64,000 nt of DNA from an uncultured delta proteobacterium (GTDB lineage: Bacteria; Desulfobacterota; Binatia; Binatales; Binataceae), in assembly GCA_963765675.1 (NCBI GenBank), contig CAVXXK010000001.1:1088001-1152000 (forward strand), given 5' to 3'. The translations under genes were made by a program, and so were the position numbers. The notes under the pieces were generated by a model that searched no databases, was not told the origin of the DNA, and saw nothing but the letters and a program-made list of their open reading frames with translations. Below, piece after piece: positions 52,776 through 63,900 of this stretch (its first letter is position 1; every line of letters starts with the position of its first letter).

Positions 52776-52869
52776 TGTTCCGACGTCGGCCTTATTGAAG
52801 GCAATCCGGCGTGGGTAGGCATCGCCCAAACTGTTGCATTTTCCGCCCTCCCGGCGGCCTCTTTGGGGA
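52776..52869 (+). ncRNA. One-spacer mini-CRISPR / crRNA-like RNA (CreA/CreR-like)
   Basis: Degenerate repeat TGTTCCGACGTCGGCCTTATTGAAGG, 36-nt spacer, degenerate repeat ATTTTCCGCCCTCCCGGCGGCCTCTTTGGGGA. Confidence 0.8.
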
Positions 52870-52894
52870 CGGATTACCCGTCCCCTCCTTTTTT
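52865..52894 (+). terminator. Intrinsic terminator closing the mini-CRISPR transcript
   Basis: GGGGACGG-ATTAC-CCGTCCCC stem, then TCC-T6. Confidence 0.78.
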
Positions 52895-53019
52895 CAGGAC
52901 GCCGTGACTGCTTTCTCTTAACAAATAGTGTACAGAAAGAATAGTAGCGCATCGCGGCACTGATGCGCGGCGGGAACCTTCTTTTAGCAAATCGTGTAGA
53001 GAAAAACGGGAATAATCCC

Positions 53020-53349
53020 ATGCGCAAGACCTACCTCGTTTGCTACGACATTCGCGACGACAAGCGGCTGCGGACCGTGTACAAGACCATGCGCGATTTT
53101 GGGGATCATCTTCAGTACTCGATTTTCGAATGCCAGTTCACTGCCGCTGATCTCGTCCGATGCCGTCATGTTCTCAGCGAAATCATCGACCATCGAAAAG
53201 ACCAGGTGCTGTTCGTCGATCTCGGTCCGGTCGAGGGGCGTGGCGATCGCGTGATAACCGCGCTCGGGCAGGCATACTCGCCGATTGATAGTCCTTGCAT
53301 CGTTGTCGATGACGAATCCGAATCGCGGACCAAACAAGATCCATTGTAG
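53020..53349 (+). CDS. cas2: Cas2
   Basis: YLVCYDIRDDKRLR, LQYSIFEC, DQVLFVDLG. Confidence 0.96.
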   Translation: MRKTYLVCYDIRDDKRLRTVYKTMRDFGDHLQYSIFECQFTAADLVRCRHVLSEIIDHRKDQVLFVDLGPVEGRGDRVITALGQAYSPIDSPCIVVDDESESRTKQDPL

Positions 53350-53363
53350 CGAGGCGCACCCTT

Positions 53364-55193
53364 ATGGCGGATCCGGCAAAAGCCAGTCCAATTTTAATCG
53401 GCGCGAAGCGCTTGGAGAAAAGTGGGAGCGAGCCCAAGCGGCGTGTGGAAGTTGACCTTCCGGACTATTTGCCGGCGCGGATGCTCAACGAGTTCGTCTA
53501 TTGCCCGCGCCTGTTTTTCTATGAATGGGTCGAAGGAATCTTCACCCATAGCGCCGACACGATCGAGGGCGCGCTGCGCCACGAGAAGCTCGAAACCAAG
53601 TCCGATCCGCTGCCGCCGCCGGACCAGGAGTCGCACATCCATTCGCGATCGGTCACCTTGAGCAGCGAGACTCATCGATTGATCGCCCGGATGGACCTGA
53701 TCGAAGGTGAAGCCGGAGTGGTCGTTCCGGTCGATTACAAGAAGGGCAATCCTCGCGATACGGACGACGGTCCCGAAGCGTGGCCGGCGGACCGCGTTCA
53801 ACTTTGCGCGCAAGCGCTGATCCTGCGCGACAACGGCTACCGGTGCGACGAGGCCGTCGCCTATTACCATGCGACCCGCCAGCGGGTCCGGGTCGCTATC
53901 GATGACGGTTTGGCCGCAGAGACGCTTCGAGCAATCGAAGACGCGAGGATGCTTGCGCTCAGCGCAGAGATTCCCGCGCCCTTGATTGATAGCCCCAAGT
54001 GTCCGCGCTGCTCGTTGGTGGGAATCTGCTTGCCGGATGAGACCGTGCTCTATGAATCAATTATCGAAGCAGTCGCCGAACCTCAGCTCTCGTTATTCTA
54101 CGGTGGCGCCGACGGGTTGGCTTCCGCAGCGGGCCGCGGTGATGAACCGGTTCGCCGACTCATCCCCGCGCGCGACGATCTCCGTCCCTTGTACGTTACC
54201 GGCCACGGCCTCATCGTCGGCAAGACCGGTGAGGTGCTGCAAATCAGGGAACGCAAGAAGCCGGTCCAGGAGGTCCGCGTCGGCGAGATTTCGCAGGTGA
54301 ATGTGTTCGGCAATGTGCAATTCACGGCGGCTGCGCTCCAAGGACTGTGTTGGGCTGAGAAGCCGATCGCGCACTTCTCGTACGGCGGATGGTTCTACGG
54401 CCTGACTCAAGGATTGGGCCTGAAAAACGTATTTCTGCGCAAGCGGCAATTCACCCTGGCTGAGGAGCCGTTTTTCGGCCTCTGCGTGGCGCGCGAGTTT
54501 GTCGCGGCAAAAATCCGTAATCAACGGACGCTGCTGCGCAGAAACCATCTCGAGCCTCCGCCGATCGCGCTCGCGCAGCTCAAGCGTTACGCGGAAGCCG
54601 CTCTGGGCGCGGAAGACCTCGGCGAATTGCTCGGCATCGAGGGCAACGCGGCGCGCATTTATTTCGCGAACTTTAGCGGCTTGCTGAAGGCTGGCGGCGA
54701 TGATGGAGCCCCGACGCCTTTCAACTTCGAGTTCACCCACCGCAATCGACGGCCGCCCACGGATCCGGTCAATGCTCTCCTCTCGTTCGCCTACAGCATG
54801 CTCGCCAAAGACCTGACCATCATTTGTCACAGCGTCGGCTTTGACCCATTCATCGGCTTCTATCATCAACCGCGCTTTGGCCGCCCGGCGCTGGCGCTGG
54901 ACCTGATGGAAGAGTTCAGGCCTCTGATCGCCGACTCCGTGGTGATCGGGGCAATCAATACCGCGATGGTCGGCCCCGAGGACTTCATCCAAGTCGGCCC
55001 GGCGGTCAATCTGACGCCAAGGGGGAGGAAGGGATTTTTACGCGCCTACGAGCAGAGAATGGACACACTCGTGACGCATCCGTTGTTCGGCTACAGGGTA
55101 AATTATCGACGCGTACTTGAGATTCAGACGAGATTGCTGGCGCGGGTGCTGACGGGTGAAGTACGGCGGTACGTCGGGTTCGAAACGCGCTAG
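53364..55193 (+). CDS. cas1: Cas4-Cas1 fusion
   Basis: Cas4: YCPR, DLIE, VDYKKG, QLCAQ, CPRCSLVGIC; Cas1: LLGIEGNAA, RRPPTDPVNALLSFAY, GFYH, LALDLMEEFR. Confidence 0.96.
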   Translation: MADPAKASPILIGAKRLEKSGSEPKRRVEVDLPDYLPARMLNEFVYCPRLFFYEWVEGIFTHSADTIEGALRHEKLETKSDPLPPPDQESHIHSRSVTLSSETHRLIARMDLIEGEAGVVVPVDYKKGNPRDTDDGPEAWPADRVQLCAQALILRDNGYRCDEAVAYYHATRQRVRVAIDDGLAAETLRAIEDARMLALSAEIPAPLIDSPKCPRCSLVGICLPDETVLYESIIEAVAEPQLSLFYGGADGLASAAGRGDEPVRRLIPARDDLRPLYVTGHGLIVGKTGEVLQIRERKKPVQEVRVGEISQVNVFGNVQFTAAALQGLCWAEKPIAHFSYGGWFYGLTQGLGLKNVFLRKRQFTLAEEPFFGLCVAREFVAAKIRNQRTLLRRNHLEPPPIALAQLKRYAEAALGAEDLGELLGIEGNAARIYFANFSGLLKAGGDDGAPTPFNFEFTHRNRRPPTDPVNALLSFAYSMLAKDLTIICHSVGFDPFIGFYHQPRFGRPALALDLMEEFRPLIADSVVIGAINTAMVGPEDFIQVGPAVNLTPRGRKGFLRAYEQRMDTLVTHPLFGYRVNYRRVLEIQTRLLARVLTGEVRRYVGFETR

Positions 55194-55373
55194 GTGATGC
55201 GAGCGGCGAGGTGACGACGAAAACCGGGCAGCCGCTCGATGCCTTGAAGAGCTTGCATATATTGGACTTTCCGACTACGCGAAGGAGAGGCCGCCGATTT
55301 ATCGCGCGGGTGGCGATGGACACTCGCAAAGCGTCTCAAAGTTCTTTGAAAATTCAATAGTTAGAAGCGGTCG
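55194..55373 (+). promoter_or_regulatory. CRISPR leader
   Basis: Non-coding, AT-richer at its 3' end, abuts the first intact repeat; the degenerate repeat is at the far end of the array. Confidence 0.75.
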
Positions 55374-58361
55374 ATTTCCGCGCTCATCGGAGCGCGGCCC
55401 CATTGAAGTTTTCGCCTCGATTGCATGGGTATGGCCAGTAGCTTCGCATTTCCGCGCTCATCGGAGCGCGGCCCCATTGAAGTAACCGGCCAACGCTTCG
55501 CGGCGATCCCCGCGTTCACTACATTTCCGCGCTCATCGGAGCGCGGCCCCATTGAAGTCCTTTGGCGTCCCGGTGGCCCAGATGCCAGAAGTGAATTTCC
55601 GCGCTCATCGGAGCGCGGCCCCATTGAAGTGTCGAGTCCGCAGTGCGCAATCTCCAGCGGTTTTTCATTTCCGCGCTCATCGGAGCGCGGCCCCATTGAA
55701 GTATTTCTTCGATCCGGTCAACGCGGTGGTGCGTCTGGTCTCATTTCCGCGCTCATCGGAGCGCGGCCCCATTGAAGTAGCGTCGCGAAGAGCAGTTCCG
55801 CGCCTTCGAGGCGGCAGAAATTTCCGCGCTCATCGGAGCGCGGCCCCATTGAAGTTACGAAATCAGCTTTTACGCGAACCGACCGACATTCATCATTTCC
55901 GCGCTCATCGGAGCGCGGCCCCATTGAAGTTCGTTCCCCGCTGGCGGCTCAGTTGATCAGATTCTCATTTCCGCGCTCATCGGAGCGCGGCCCCATTGAA
56001 GTCGACTGCAGGCGCGAATAGCAACATCACGTCGCTGAATTTCCGCGCTCATCGGAGCGCGGCCCCATTGAAGTCGGATGATGGGGCGAAAGCGCACCGG
56101 CGAGAGATCGAATTTCCGCGCTCATCGGAGCGCGGCCCCATTGAAGTGATATACACGATTTCGCAAACGTCGATCCCGCGATGGTATTTCCGCGCTCATC
56201 GGAGCGCGGCCCCATTGAAGTCTCGTCACCACCGCCGTTCACCTTCCGCAGTGCGCATTTCCGCGCTCATCGGAGCGCGGCCCCATTGAAGTACCAATAC
56301 TACCATTCCGCAGATCGAGATGTTCTCGATATTTCCGCGCTCATCGGAGCGCGGCCCCATTGAAGTCTGATCGACCTCGCGCAGAACCAGACGCAAATCC
56401 TGACCAATTTCCGCGCTCATCGGAGCGCGGCCCCATTGAAGTAAGACGGCGTAACCGGAACCGCCGGCGAGCGGACCGCCCGATTTCCGCGCTCATCGGA
56501 GCGCGGCCCCATTGAAGTATCACGAAGTCCGAGAAGCGCGGCGGGCTCTCCCATATTTCCGCGCTCATCGGAGCGCGGCCCCATTGAAGTTGAAAAACGA
56601 GGTTGTGCTCGGCATCAACGCAATCGGATTTCCGCGCTCATCGGAGCGCGGCCCCATTGAAGTGTGCGCGCGTCGCTGGTGGATTTGACGCGGCTGACGA
56701 ATTTCCGCGCTCATCGGAGCGCGGCCCCATTGAAGTGCGCCGGGCGACCGGGTGATCCAACTGAGTAATGACTAATTTCCGCGCTCATCGGAGCGCGGCC
56801 CCATTGAAGTGTAGAAAGGGACGGCCGCATCCAGCGCAGCAGTCCGTCAATTTCCGCGCTCATCGGAGCGCGGCCCCATTGAAGTGCGGATCATCTGGTC
56901 GATGATCGGTTGCGGCACATCATTTCCGCGCTCATCGGAGCGCGGCCCCATTGAAGTGGCGCCGGTCGCGGTGCACGCGCCCGCAGCGCTCTTGCCAAAT
57001 TTCCGCGCTCATCGGAGCGCGGCCCCATTGAAGTGGCGATAGTGGCACTGTGTCTCGTCGCCCATTTCCACATTTCCGCGCTCATCGGAGCGCGGCCCCA
57101 TTGAAGTCTGAATAGCACGGGGCTGCTGTGCTCGGACGGTACTTACATTTCCGCGCTCATCGGAGCGCGGCCCCATTGAAGTTCAAGGTGTTGTCGCCGC
57201 GCTGCGCAAGGGGTTCAGATTTCCGCGCTCATCGGAGCGCGGCCCCATTGAAGTGTAATCCGCCCTGCCGCGTCGAGCGAGTTCTTTCTCGAATTTCCGC
57301 GCTCATCGGAGCGCGGCCCCATTGAAGTAACGCCCGTCGGGGTCTGTTCCGACTCGTGTGTTTCAACATTTCCGCGCTCATCGGAGCGCGGCCCCATTGA
57401 AGTCTGAAAAGCATGCGCGCGCTGTCGCCAGCGTGGGACGCGATTTCCGCGCTCATCGGAGCGCGGCCCCATTGAAGTTTCCGCAGCCCATGCCTCTGTG
57501 CGCTGCTTGCTCGGGATTTCCGCGCTCATCGGAGCGCGGCCCCATTGAAGTGTAGCCTCGCGATACGGTGTCTACGATGTAGGTAACTTGCGAATTTCCG
57601 CGCTCATCGGAGCGCGGCCCCATTGAAGTGCATCGCTGACGGTGCATATCGCACCCACCGGTGGATTTCCGCGCTCATCGGAGCGCGGCCCCATTGAAGT
57701 GATAATCCCGATTTTGCCAGTGGCGAGGACAATCTCGCATTTCCGCGCTCATCGGAGCGCGGCCCCATTGAAGTCGCGCGAACTTGCCCAGATGCGGCGG
57801 CAGCTTGCGGATTTCCGCGCTCATCGGAGCGCGGCCCCATTGAAGTGATTTCCTGTTCGGATACGTCGGTAGCCGCGGGCATATTTCCGCGCTCATCGGA
57901 GCGCGGCCCCATTGAAGTGAGAGCATCGCGCCGCCGGCCGTCGGAGCGCCGAAGATATTTCCGCGCTCATCGGAGCGCGGCCCCATTGAAGTCCGAGCGC
58001 GAGGGCTAGCTTAAAGAGGAATCGCCGATTTCCGCGCTCATCGGAGCGCGGCCCCATTGAAGTTTCGGATCGAGCGGTGGGCCCGCGCACCGGAAAATTC
58101 ATTTCCGCGCTCATCGGAGCGCGGCCCCATTGAAGTAGTTGTGGCCGCGATGGCTGATGATCGGCGGATGCAGATTTCCGCGCTCATCGGAGCGCGGCCC
58201 CATTGAAGCAGGATCGTCGCCGTGCCGCTGGAACCCGCGCCATCGTGACAATTTCCGCGCTCATCGGAGCGCGGCCCCATTGAAGTCGCCTACGCTTTGC
58301 GGGACGTTGACCGGCTGCTTGACGAATTTTTGCGCTCATCGGAGCGCGGCCCCATTGAAGC
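55374..58361 (+). CRISPR. Type I-G CRISPR array, 41 repeats / 40 spacers (35-42 nt)
   Basis: 36-bp repeat ATTTCCGCGCTCATCGGAGCGCGGCCCCATTGAAGT with stem CCGCGCTC/GAGCGCGG, counted by hand; terminal repeat degenerate (ATTTTTGCG...GAAGC). Confidence 0.98.
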
Positions 58362-58626
58362 GTGCTCGCGCGCGCGTCGCGGCGCCGAAGGACACATACC
58401 GAGCATCGAAGATGACGAGGACGCGCTTGAGGACCATTTCACAATCGACCGGGTAGAGCGTGGGCGAATATGGCTTGAGGCAATGGACGGAAAGGATTTG
58501 GGCCCAATCGCACTGCGCCCAGCTCTCGCCCGTCAATGCAAGGTCGGATGGGAGATCGCCGGTGTCGTCAGCCGGGTGCGCGGCAGATGGCAATTGCTGG
58601 AGGTGTGGAACGTCTATCCGCATTGA
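58362..58626 (+). pseudogene. C-terminal fragment of a hypothetical protein, truncated at the array end
   Basis: EDHFTIDRVERGRIWLE..GPI..CKVGWEIAG..GRWQLLEVWNVYPH*; no start codon outside the array. Confidence 0.6.
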
Positions 58627-58633
58627 CGCCGGA

Positions 58634-58786
58634 TGGAGAGACGTCGCTCAGCACTCTTGTGGCGGTGCTCCGGGCTTTGGGAGCCGATCCGAAGATCGTC
58701 GCGAGCTTTCCGACTACGAAGTGCGGATTTCCAACTTGCGCAAGCTGGCGCGGAATCGGGAAACAGTGAGACAGTCCCGCGCCTGA
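58634..58786 (+). pseudogene. C-terminal remnant of an XRE/HigA-like antitoxin
   Basis: SLSTLVAVLRALGADPKIVASFP, then shifted frame DYEVRISNLRKLA. Confidence 0.5.
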
Positions 58787-58872
58787 ACCGTTCGGCGTAC
58801 AGCTTCATCTTGAGCGCGGTCGCGGTTCGCTGCATGCTAGTAAATCAGCATCGTTTCGGAAGGAGGCAATTT

Positions 58873-59130
58873 ATGCCCAACCGTGTCACGGTACGTAATG
58901 TCAGAGCAAAGGAATTGAGTGCTGCGCTCCGCCGACGCTTCCATCTTGTACCTGATGAGGAGGTCAGTGTCACCGTGACCAGAGCGAGCGCGAGAAATGC
59001 GCCGCGCCGGAATGATCCGTGGGTGGAGATTCGGGGTACGCTTACCGCCGACGAGGCCGACGCGATGGTCCGCGCGATTCACACAAGCCGACGCAACAAG
59101 AGTGACGCTCCCGAGGTCGACGCGCCGTGA
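58873..59130 (+). CDS. Putative antitoxin (VapB position)
   Basis: AGGAGG RBS; 85 aa; GTGA-coupled to the PIN toxin. Confidence 0.75.
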   Translation: MPNRVTVRNVRAKELSAALRRRFHLVPDEEVSVTVTRASARNAPRRNDPWVEIRGTLTADEADAMVRAIHTSRRNKSDAPEVDAP

Positions 59131-59525
59131 ATTGGCTCCTGGATACAGACACGATCGTTTACTACATGAGGGCGATGCCGGCAGTGGTCGGGCAGCTTGA
59201 GGCGACGCGCGTCTCAAGCCGTTATGTTTCGCTGATAACGCTTGGCGAGCTCTACTTCGGGATTTTCCGCTCCGCGCAGGTAGAGAAAAATTTGCGGAGG
59301 TACCGCCGATTCTTTGCAAAGGTGAAACTCTTGCCTTTCACTCCCGCGATTGCCGAGCGGTTCGGTGTAATAAAAGCCGATCTGGCAAGGCGCGGTGAAA
59401 TAATAGCCGATCATGATCTCTGGATTGCCGCGCACGCGCTTGTACAAGGGGCAACGCTCGTGACTAACAACGAGCGCGACTTCGCGCGCATTTCAGGCTT
59501 GCGGATCGAAAACTGGGCTAAGTAG
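59127..59525 (+). CDS. vapC: VapC PIN toxin
   Basis: WLLDTD, ITLGELYFG, DLWIAAHA, LVTNNERDF.RISGLRIENW. Confidence 0.93.
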   Translation: MNWLLDTDTIVYYMRAMPAVVGQLEATRVSSRYVSLITLGELYFGIFRSAQVEKNLRRYRRFFAKVKLLPFTPAIAERFGVIKADLARRGEIIADHDLWIAAHALVQGATLVTNNERDFARISGLRIENWAK

Positions 59526-59603
59526 GCGCACGCAGGCTTGGCAGTTTGTCGGGTCGGAGCAGTGCGAAGAACGAAATGTATGATTTTGCACCAGCGCCTG
59601 TAG

Positions 59604-59627
59604 AGTTTGCCCCACGTGGGGCAAACT
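59604..59627. repeat. Perfect 24-bp palindrome, probable integrase arm-type sites
   Basis: AGTTTGCCCCACGTGGGGCAAACT; the same GGGGCAAAC motif occurs three times at 35585-35618. Confidence 0.75.
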
Positions 59628-59694
59628 GTACCAAAACAGCCACTTTGGGACACATTTCGGGCCGAAAAACCTAAGGTTTTCCGGGCTTTCTTGG

Positions 59695-59718
59695 GGGTTC
59701 AAATCCCTTCTGCTCCAC
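59695..59718 (+). repeat. attR core (24 bp)
   Basis: Duplicate of the tRNA-Ala 3' end. Confidence 0.95.
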
Positions 59719-60191
59719 ACCTCAGTCGCCGCGGTTTCGGACATCGCGGAGAATCTTGCAAAATCTGCGCGTGTGCGCGCGATTCGCGATCGCGCGCGGA
59801 CCCGGAGAATCTCTCCGGCAGCGCAAATGCCCAAAATCTGGCAAAAGCTCTCTGGGCGCGATTTGCCTAGGTCCGCGGATCATCGCCATTCATTCGCCGG
59901 CTCAAGAATGCCGGTGCTGAGAGCCACCCGCCAATATGCTCCTCTCTAGTTTTCTGCTGCCACCCTGCTAGCAAGGCTCATCCGCGCGGCCCAAGCGCTT
60001 ATCGCTCGACTCGTCTTTGGCCGATTCCACTTCCCCGTCTTCCTAGCGTATAGGCTCGACACTTCCTTTTTTCCGCGAAAGTTCAGATCGAGTTCAGACG
60101 AAGTTCAGCCGAAAGGCATTGGCGGCCAGCTTCGACTGCCTTACGATTCGCGTAGCGGGGAAACATCGAATGGCCTCGAGGGGGTTTGATC

Positions 60192-60893
60192 ATGGGCACA
60201 ATCAAGCTGATTACAATGTACGGATCGCCATGGTCGGAGAGGGTCCGATGGGCGCTCGCATTCAAAAAACTGCCCTACGAGAAGCAGAATTACGAGCCCG
60301 GCATCGACGAGGCCGCGGTGAAGAAGTTGACCGGCCAGGCGATGGTGCCTGTGTTGGTCACCGGCGATAAGGTGATTCCCGATTCGAGCGCAATTTTGGA
60401 TTGGCTCGAGGAAACGAGACCGGAGCCGGCGCTGTTACCCAAGTCGGCGAAAGAGCGCGCGATGGTGACGCTATGGGAGGAGATCGCGCTTAACGCGATG
60501 GGGACTCATGGTCGCACATTGATCACCGGGCGCCTGCTCCGCATCGACGATCCTGAAGCGCAAAAAAGCGGAAAGTACTTCGCGGAAAAGTACGGCTACT
60601 CAGAATTTGCGGAAGAGCAGAGCAGGCTCACTGCCATAAGGATCCTTACAAGTCTCAGGGACACGCTAAGCGGGCGTCAATACCTGGTCGGCGACACGTT
60701 CTCTCGTGCCGACCTGACCGTCGCAGCGATGCTGATGCTGTGGAAAGCGGCGCCCCAGGAGTTTTTCGTCTTTACGCCGGAACTGCGGTTCGTTTACCTC
60801 GACCGGCTTGGCGACGATCCTGCGTTCTCCGAGGTATTCGCCTGGCGCGACCGGATGTACAAGGACCATCGCGGCGAAGTGGTCAAGCCGTAG
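60192..60893 (+). CDS. Glutathione S-transferase family protein
   Basis: SPWSERVR, MVPVL, DSSAILDWLE, YLVGDTFSRADL. Confidence 0.92.
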   Translation: MGTIKLITMYGSPWSERVRWALAFKKLPYEKQNYEPGIDEAAVKKLTGQAMVPVLVTGDKVIPDSSAILDWLEETRPEPALLPKSAKERAMVTLWEEIALNAMGTHGRTLITGRLLRIDDPEAQKSGKYFAEKYGYSEFAEEQSRLTAIRILTSLRDTLSGRQYLVGDTFSRADLTVAAMLMLWKAAPQEFFVFTPELRFVYLDRLGDDPAFSEVFAWRDRMYKDHRGEVVKP

Positions 60894-60909
60894 CGCCCGG
60901 AATCGGCTG

Positions 60910-63900
60910 ATGCACTGCAAAAAGTGCGGCTCCGAAAATCCGCCCGGCACCAGATTCTGCGCTGAGTGCGGGAATCCTTTTCCCGCCAAGTGTCCGAAGT
61001 GCGGCGCGGAGTATTCGCCTCCGGCGAAGTTCTGCCGCGATTGCGGCGCCCCACTCGAAGCGAAAGCGCGTGCTACGAACGCGGCTGCGAACCAAGCCGC
61101 GCCCGTGCCGGAGCAGCACGAGCCCTCCGCCAGTGAAGGCGAGCGGAAGACTGTCACCTCGCTCTTCGCCGATATCAAGGGATCGATGGAGATGATCGAG
61201 AACCTCGATCCCGAAGAGGCGCGCGCAATCGTCGATCCGGCCCTTCAGCTGATGATCGAGGCAGTCCACCGCTACGGCGGCCATGTCGCCCAATCGACGG
61301 GCGATGGAATCTTCGCCGTTTTCGGGGCGCCGATTGCGCTCGAGGATCATCCGCAGCACGCACTTTATGCCGCGTTGCGTATGCAGGAGGATCTCAAACG
61401 TTACTCGGATCGGCTGCGAGAGCGTGGCGAGCCACCAGTCTTGATCCGAATTGGGGTCAATGTGGGTGAAGTGGTGGTACGAACGATCAAGACCGGCGAG
61501 ACGGACACCGAGTATACACCGATCGGTCACTCGACAAGCCTGGCTTCGCGATTACAGGCACTGGCGCCACCGGGATCGATCGCGATCAGCCGCGCAGTGC
61601 GCCAATTGGTCGAGGGCTACTTCACCATCAATGACCTCGGGCATGCGCGCATCAAGGGGGTTACCGAACCGGTCGAGGTGTACGAGGTAACAGGGTTGGG
61701 GCCACTGCGTACTCGTCTGCAACGCTCTGCAGGACGCGGCTACACCAAGTTCGTCGGGCGCCAGAATGAAATACAAGCGATGAAACGCGCCGCCGAGCAG
61801 GCGAAAGCGGGGCACGGCCAGATCGTCGCGGCGGTGGCCGAGGCGGGCGTCGGCAAGTCGCGTCTCCAGTTCGAGTTCAAGGCCGTATCGCGATCGGGCT
61901 GGATGGTGCTCGAAGCATTCTCGGTCTCACACGGACAGGCTTCGGCCTTCCTGCCGGTGATCGACTTGCTGTACTCGTACTTCGAGATTTCGTCCGAAGA
62001 TGATGCGCGCAAGCGGCGCGAAAAGATCAACGGAAGGGTACTGACGCTCGATCGTTCGCTGGAAGATACGCTTCAATACCTGTACGGGCTGCTCGGCATC
62101 AGCGATGAAGGCAATCAGATTGCGGAGATCCAGGCGCAAACTCGAAAGCATCGCGCGCTCGACGCGGTCAAGCGGATCCTTTTGCGCGAAAGCCTGAACC
62201 AGCCGCTCATCGTCGTATTCGAAGACCTGCACTGGCTCGATAGTGAGTCGCAGGCGTTTCTGAACTTGCTCGCGGACTCTATCGGCACCGCGCGCATTCT
62301 GCTCATGGTCAACTATCGGCCGGAGTACCGCCACGAATGGGGGAACAAAACCTACTATACGCAGTTGCGGCTCGACCCGCTTGGTAAGGAAAGCGCGGAT
62401 GAGATGCTAACTGCTCTGCTAGGGAGCGAGCCGGATTTAGCACCGCTCAAGCGGATCATCATAGAGAAGACCGAGGGCAACCCCTTCTTCATGGAAGAGA
62501 CTGTACAGGTTCTCCTTGACGAAGGAGCACTGGTGCGCAACGGCACTACAAGGCTCACCAAACCGCTGCGCGAGCTGAAGATCCCACCCACGGTTCAGGC
62601 AATCCTGGCAGCGCGCATCGACCGCTTGCCGCCGGACCAGAAAGATTTGCTGCAAACGCTCGCCGTCATCGGAATGGAGTTCGAGCTCGGGCTGGTCCGT
62701 CAGGTATGGCAGCCGCCAACCATCTCGGCGACTGCGGCGCGCGAACCTGGGAACATCTGACCTGGAGTCGATGCTGTCCGAGCTCCAGCTGGGTGAATTC
62801 ATCTACGAGCAGCCGGCGGTGGGAGACCTTGAGTACACGTTCAAGCATGCGCTTACCCACGACGTAGCGTATAACTCGGTTCTCAACGAGCGCCGGCGGC
62901 TTTTGCACGAACGGATCGGCTCCCGCCTGGAATCGGTCTATCGCGACAACCTGGGCGATCACCTCGCAGCACTGACGCATCACTACGCCCACAGCGGCAA
63001 TTCCTGGAAAGCAGTTGAGTATTGCCTTCTAGCGATCGAGCGGAGCACCGAGCGCGGCTCGGTCGCCGAGGCAGTCGCGCTCTTCGAAACCGGACTCGAT
63101 CTTCTGCAGAAGCTTCCCGACGACGACTCGCGCGCCGACCGGGAGTTGGACCTGCGCAACGCGGCCTATAGCGCCCTCGGAGATATAAAGGGACTCGCTT
63201 CGCCCGAAGTCGAACGCACGATCGAGCGCGCAATCGCTCTTTGCCAACGTCCCGGCGTCAAGTGGGAAAAAAGCTGGTGGGCACTCTTCTCTCTTTTCTT
63301 TGTCCAACAGCTGCGCCCCGATGTTTGCAGAGCAGAAGCGATCGCTTCCGAATTGACCGCACGCGCCGAGGAACATCGCGCCGACGGACTCCTCGCGGAA
63401 GTCGGCAACTGGCTGGCTTACACCAAAATGGTCTCGGGCGATTTCGAGCCGGCCGCCGATGCTTTCGATCGGACGTGGACCATTCTCGAATCGATAACCA
63501 AACCGGCACTGGGTCCCCGCCGAGCACGCCGCACGGAATTCCGAGGCGCGGACATGGGTCGAGCGGCTGTACACAGCGGAAAACAACCGCATCATTTCGG
63601 GCTGGAACCTATGGTTTCTCGGTTACCCCGACCGCGCGCTGGAGCGAATGAATACCGCGGCTGCGATACCTCATCATAGTTCAAAGGGCTTGCTCGGTGA
63701 CTTACACGGATTCGCCTCGTACATTTGCGAGCTTCGGCGCGAAACCCCGCAAATGCGCGCCAGCGCGGGGGCCAGACTCGCGATCGCTACCGAGTCGGGT
63801 TTCTTCAGCGGCCGGGCCATCAGCGAAATCTATCTTGGATGGGCCGACGCGCTCGACGGCGACCTGGAGCGTGGCATCGCGAGGATGAGAGCCCATATGT

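Noticed and set aside
55410-58325. Possible self-targeting or duplicated spacers in the main array
   Set aside because: None seen by eye within this window; two spacers share only a CTGAAnAGCA start. A computational search is needed to exclude matches
55361-58456. Many ORFs with repeating MGPRSDERGN / FRAHRSAAPLK peptides
   Set aside because: Translations of the CRISPR repeats, not proteins
59691-59720. Second tRNA gene
   Set aside because: Only the 3' 24 bp are present; this is attR
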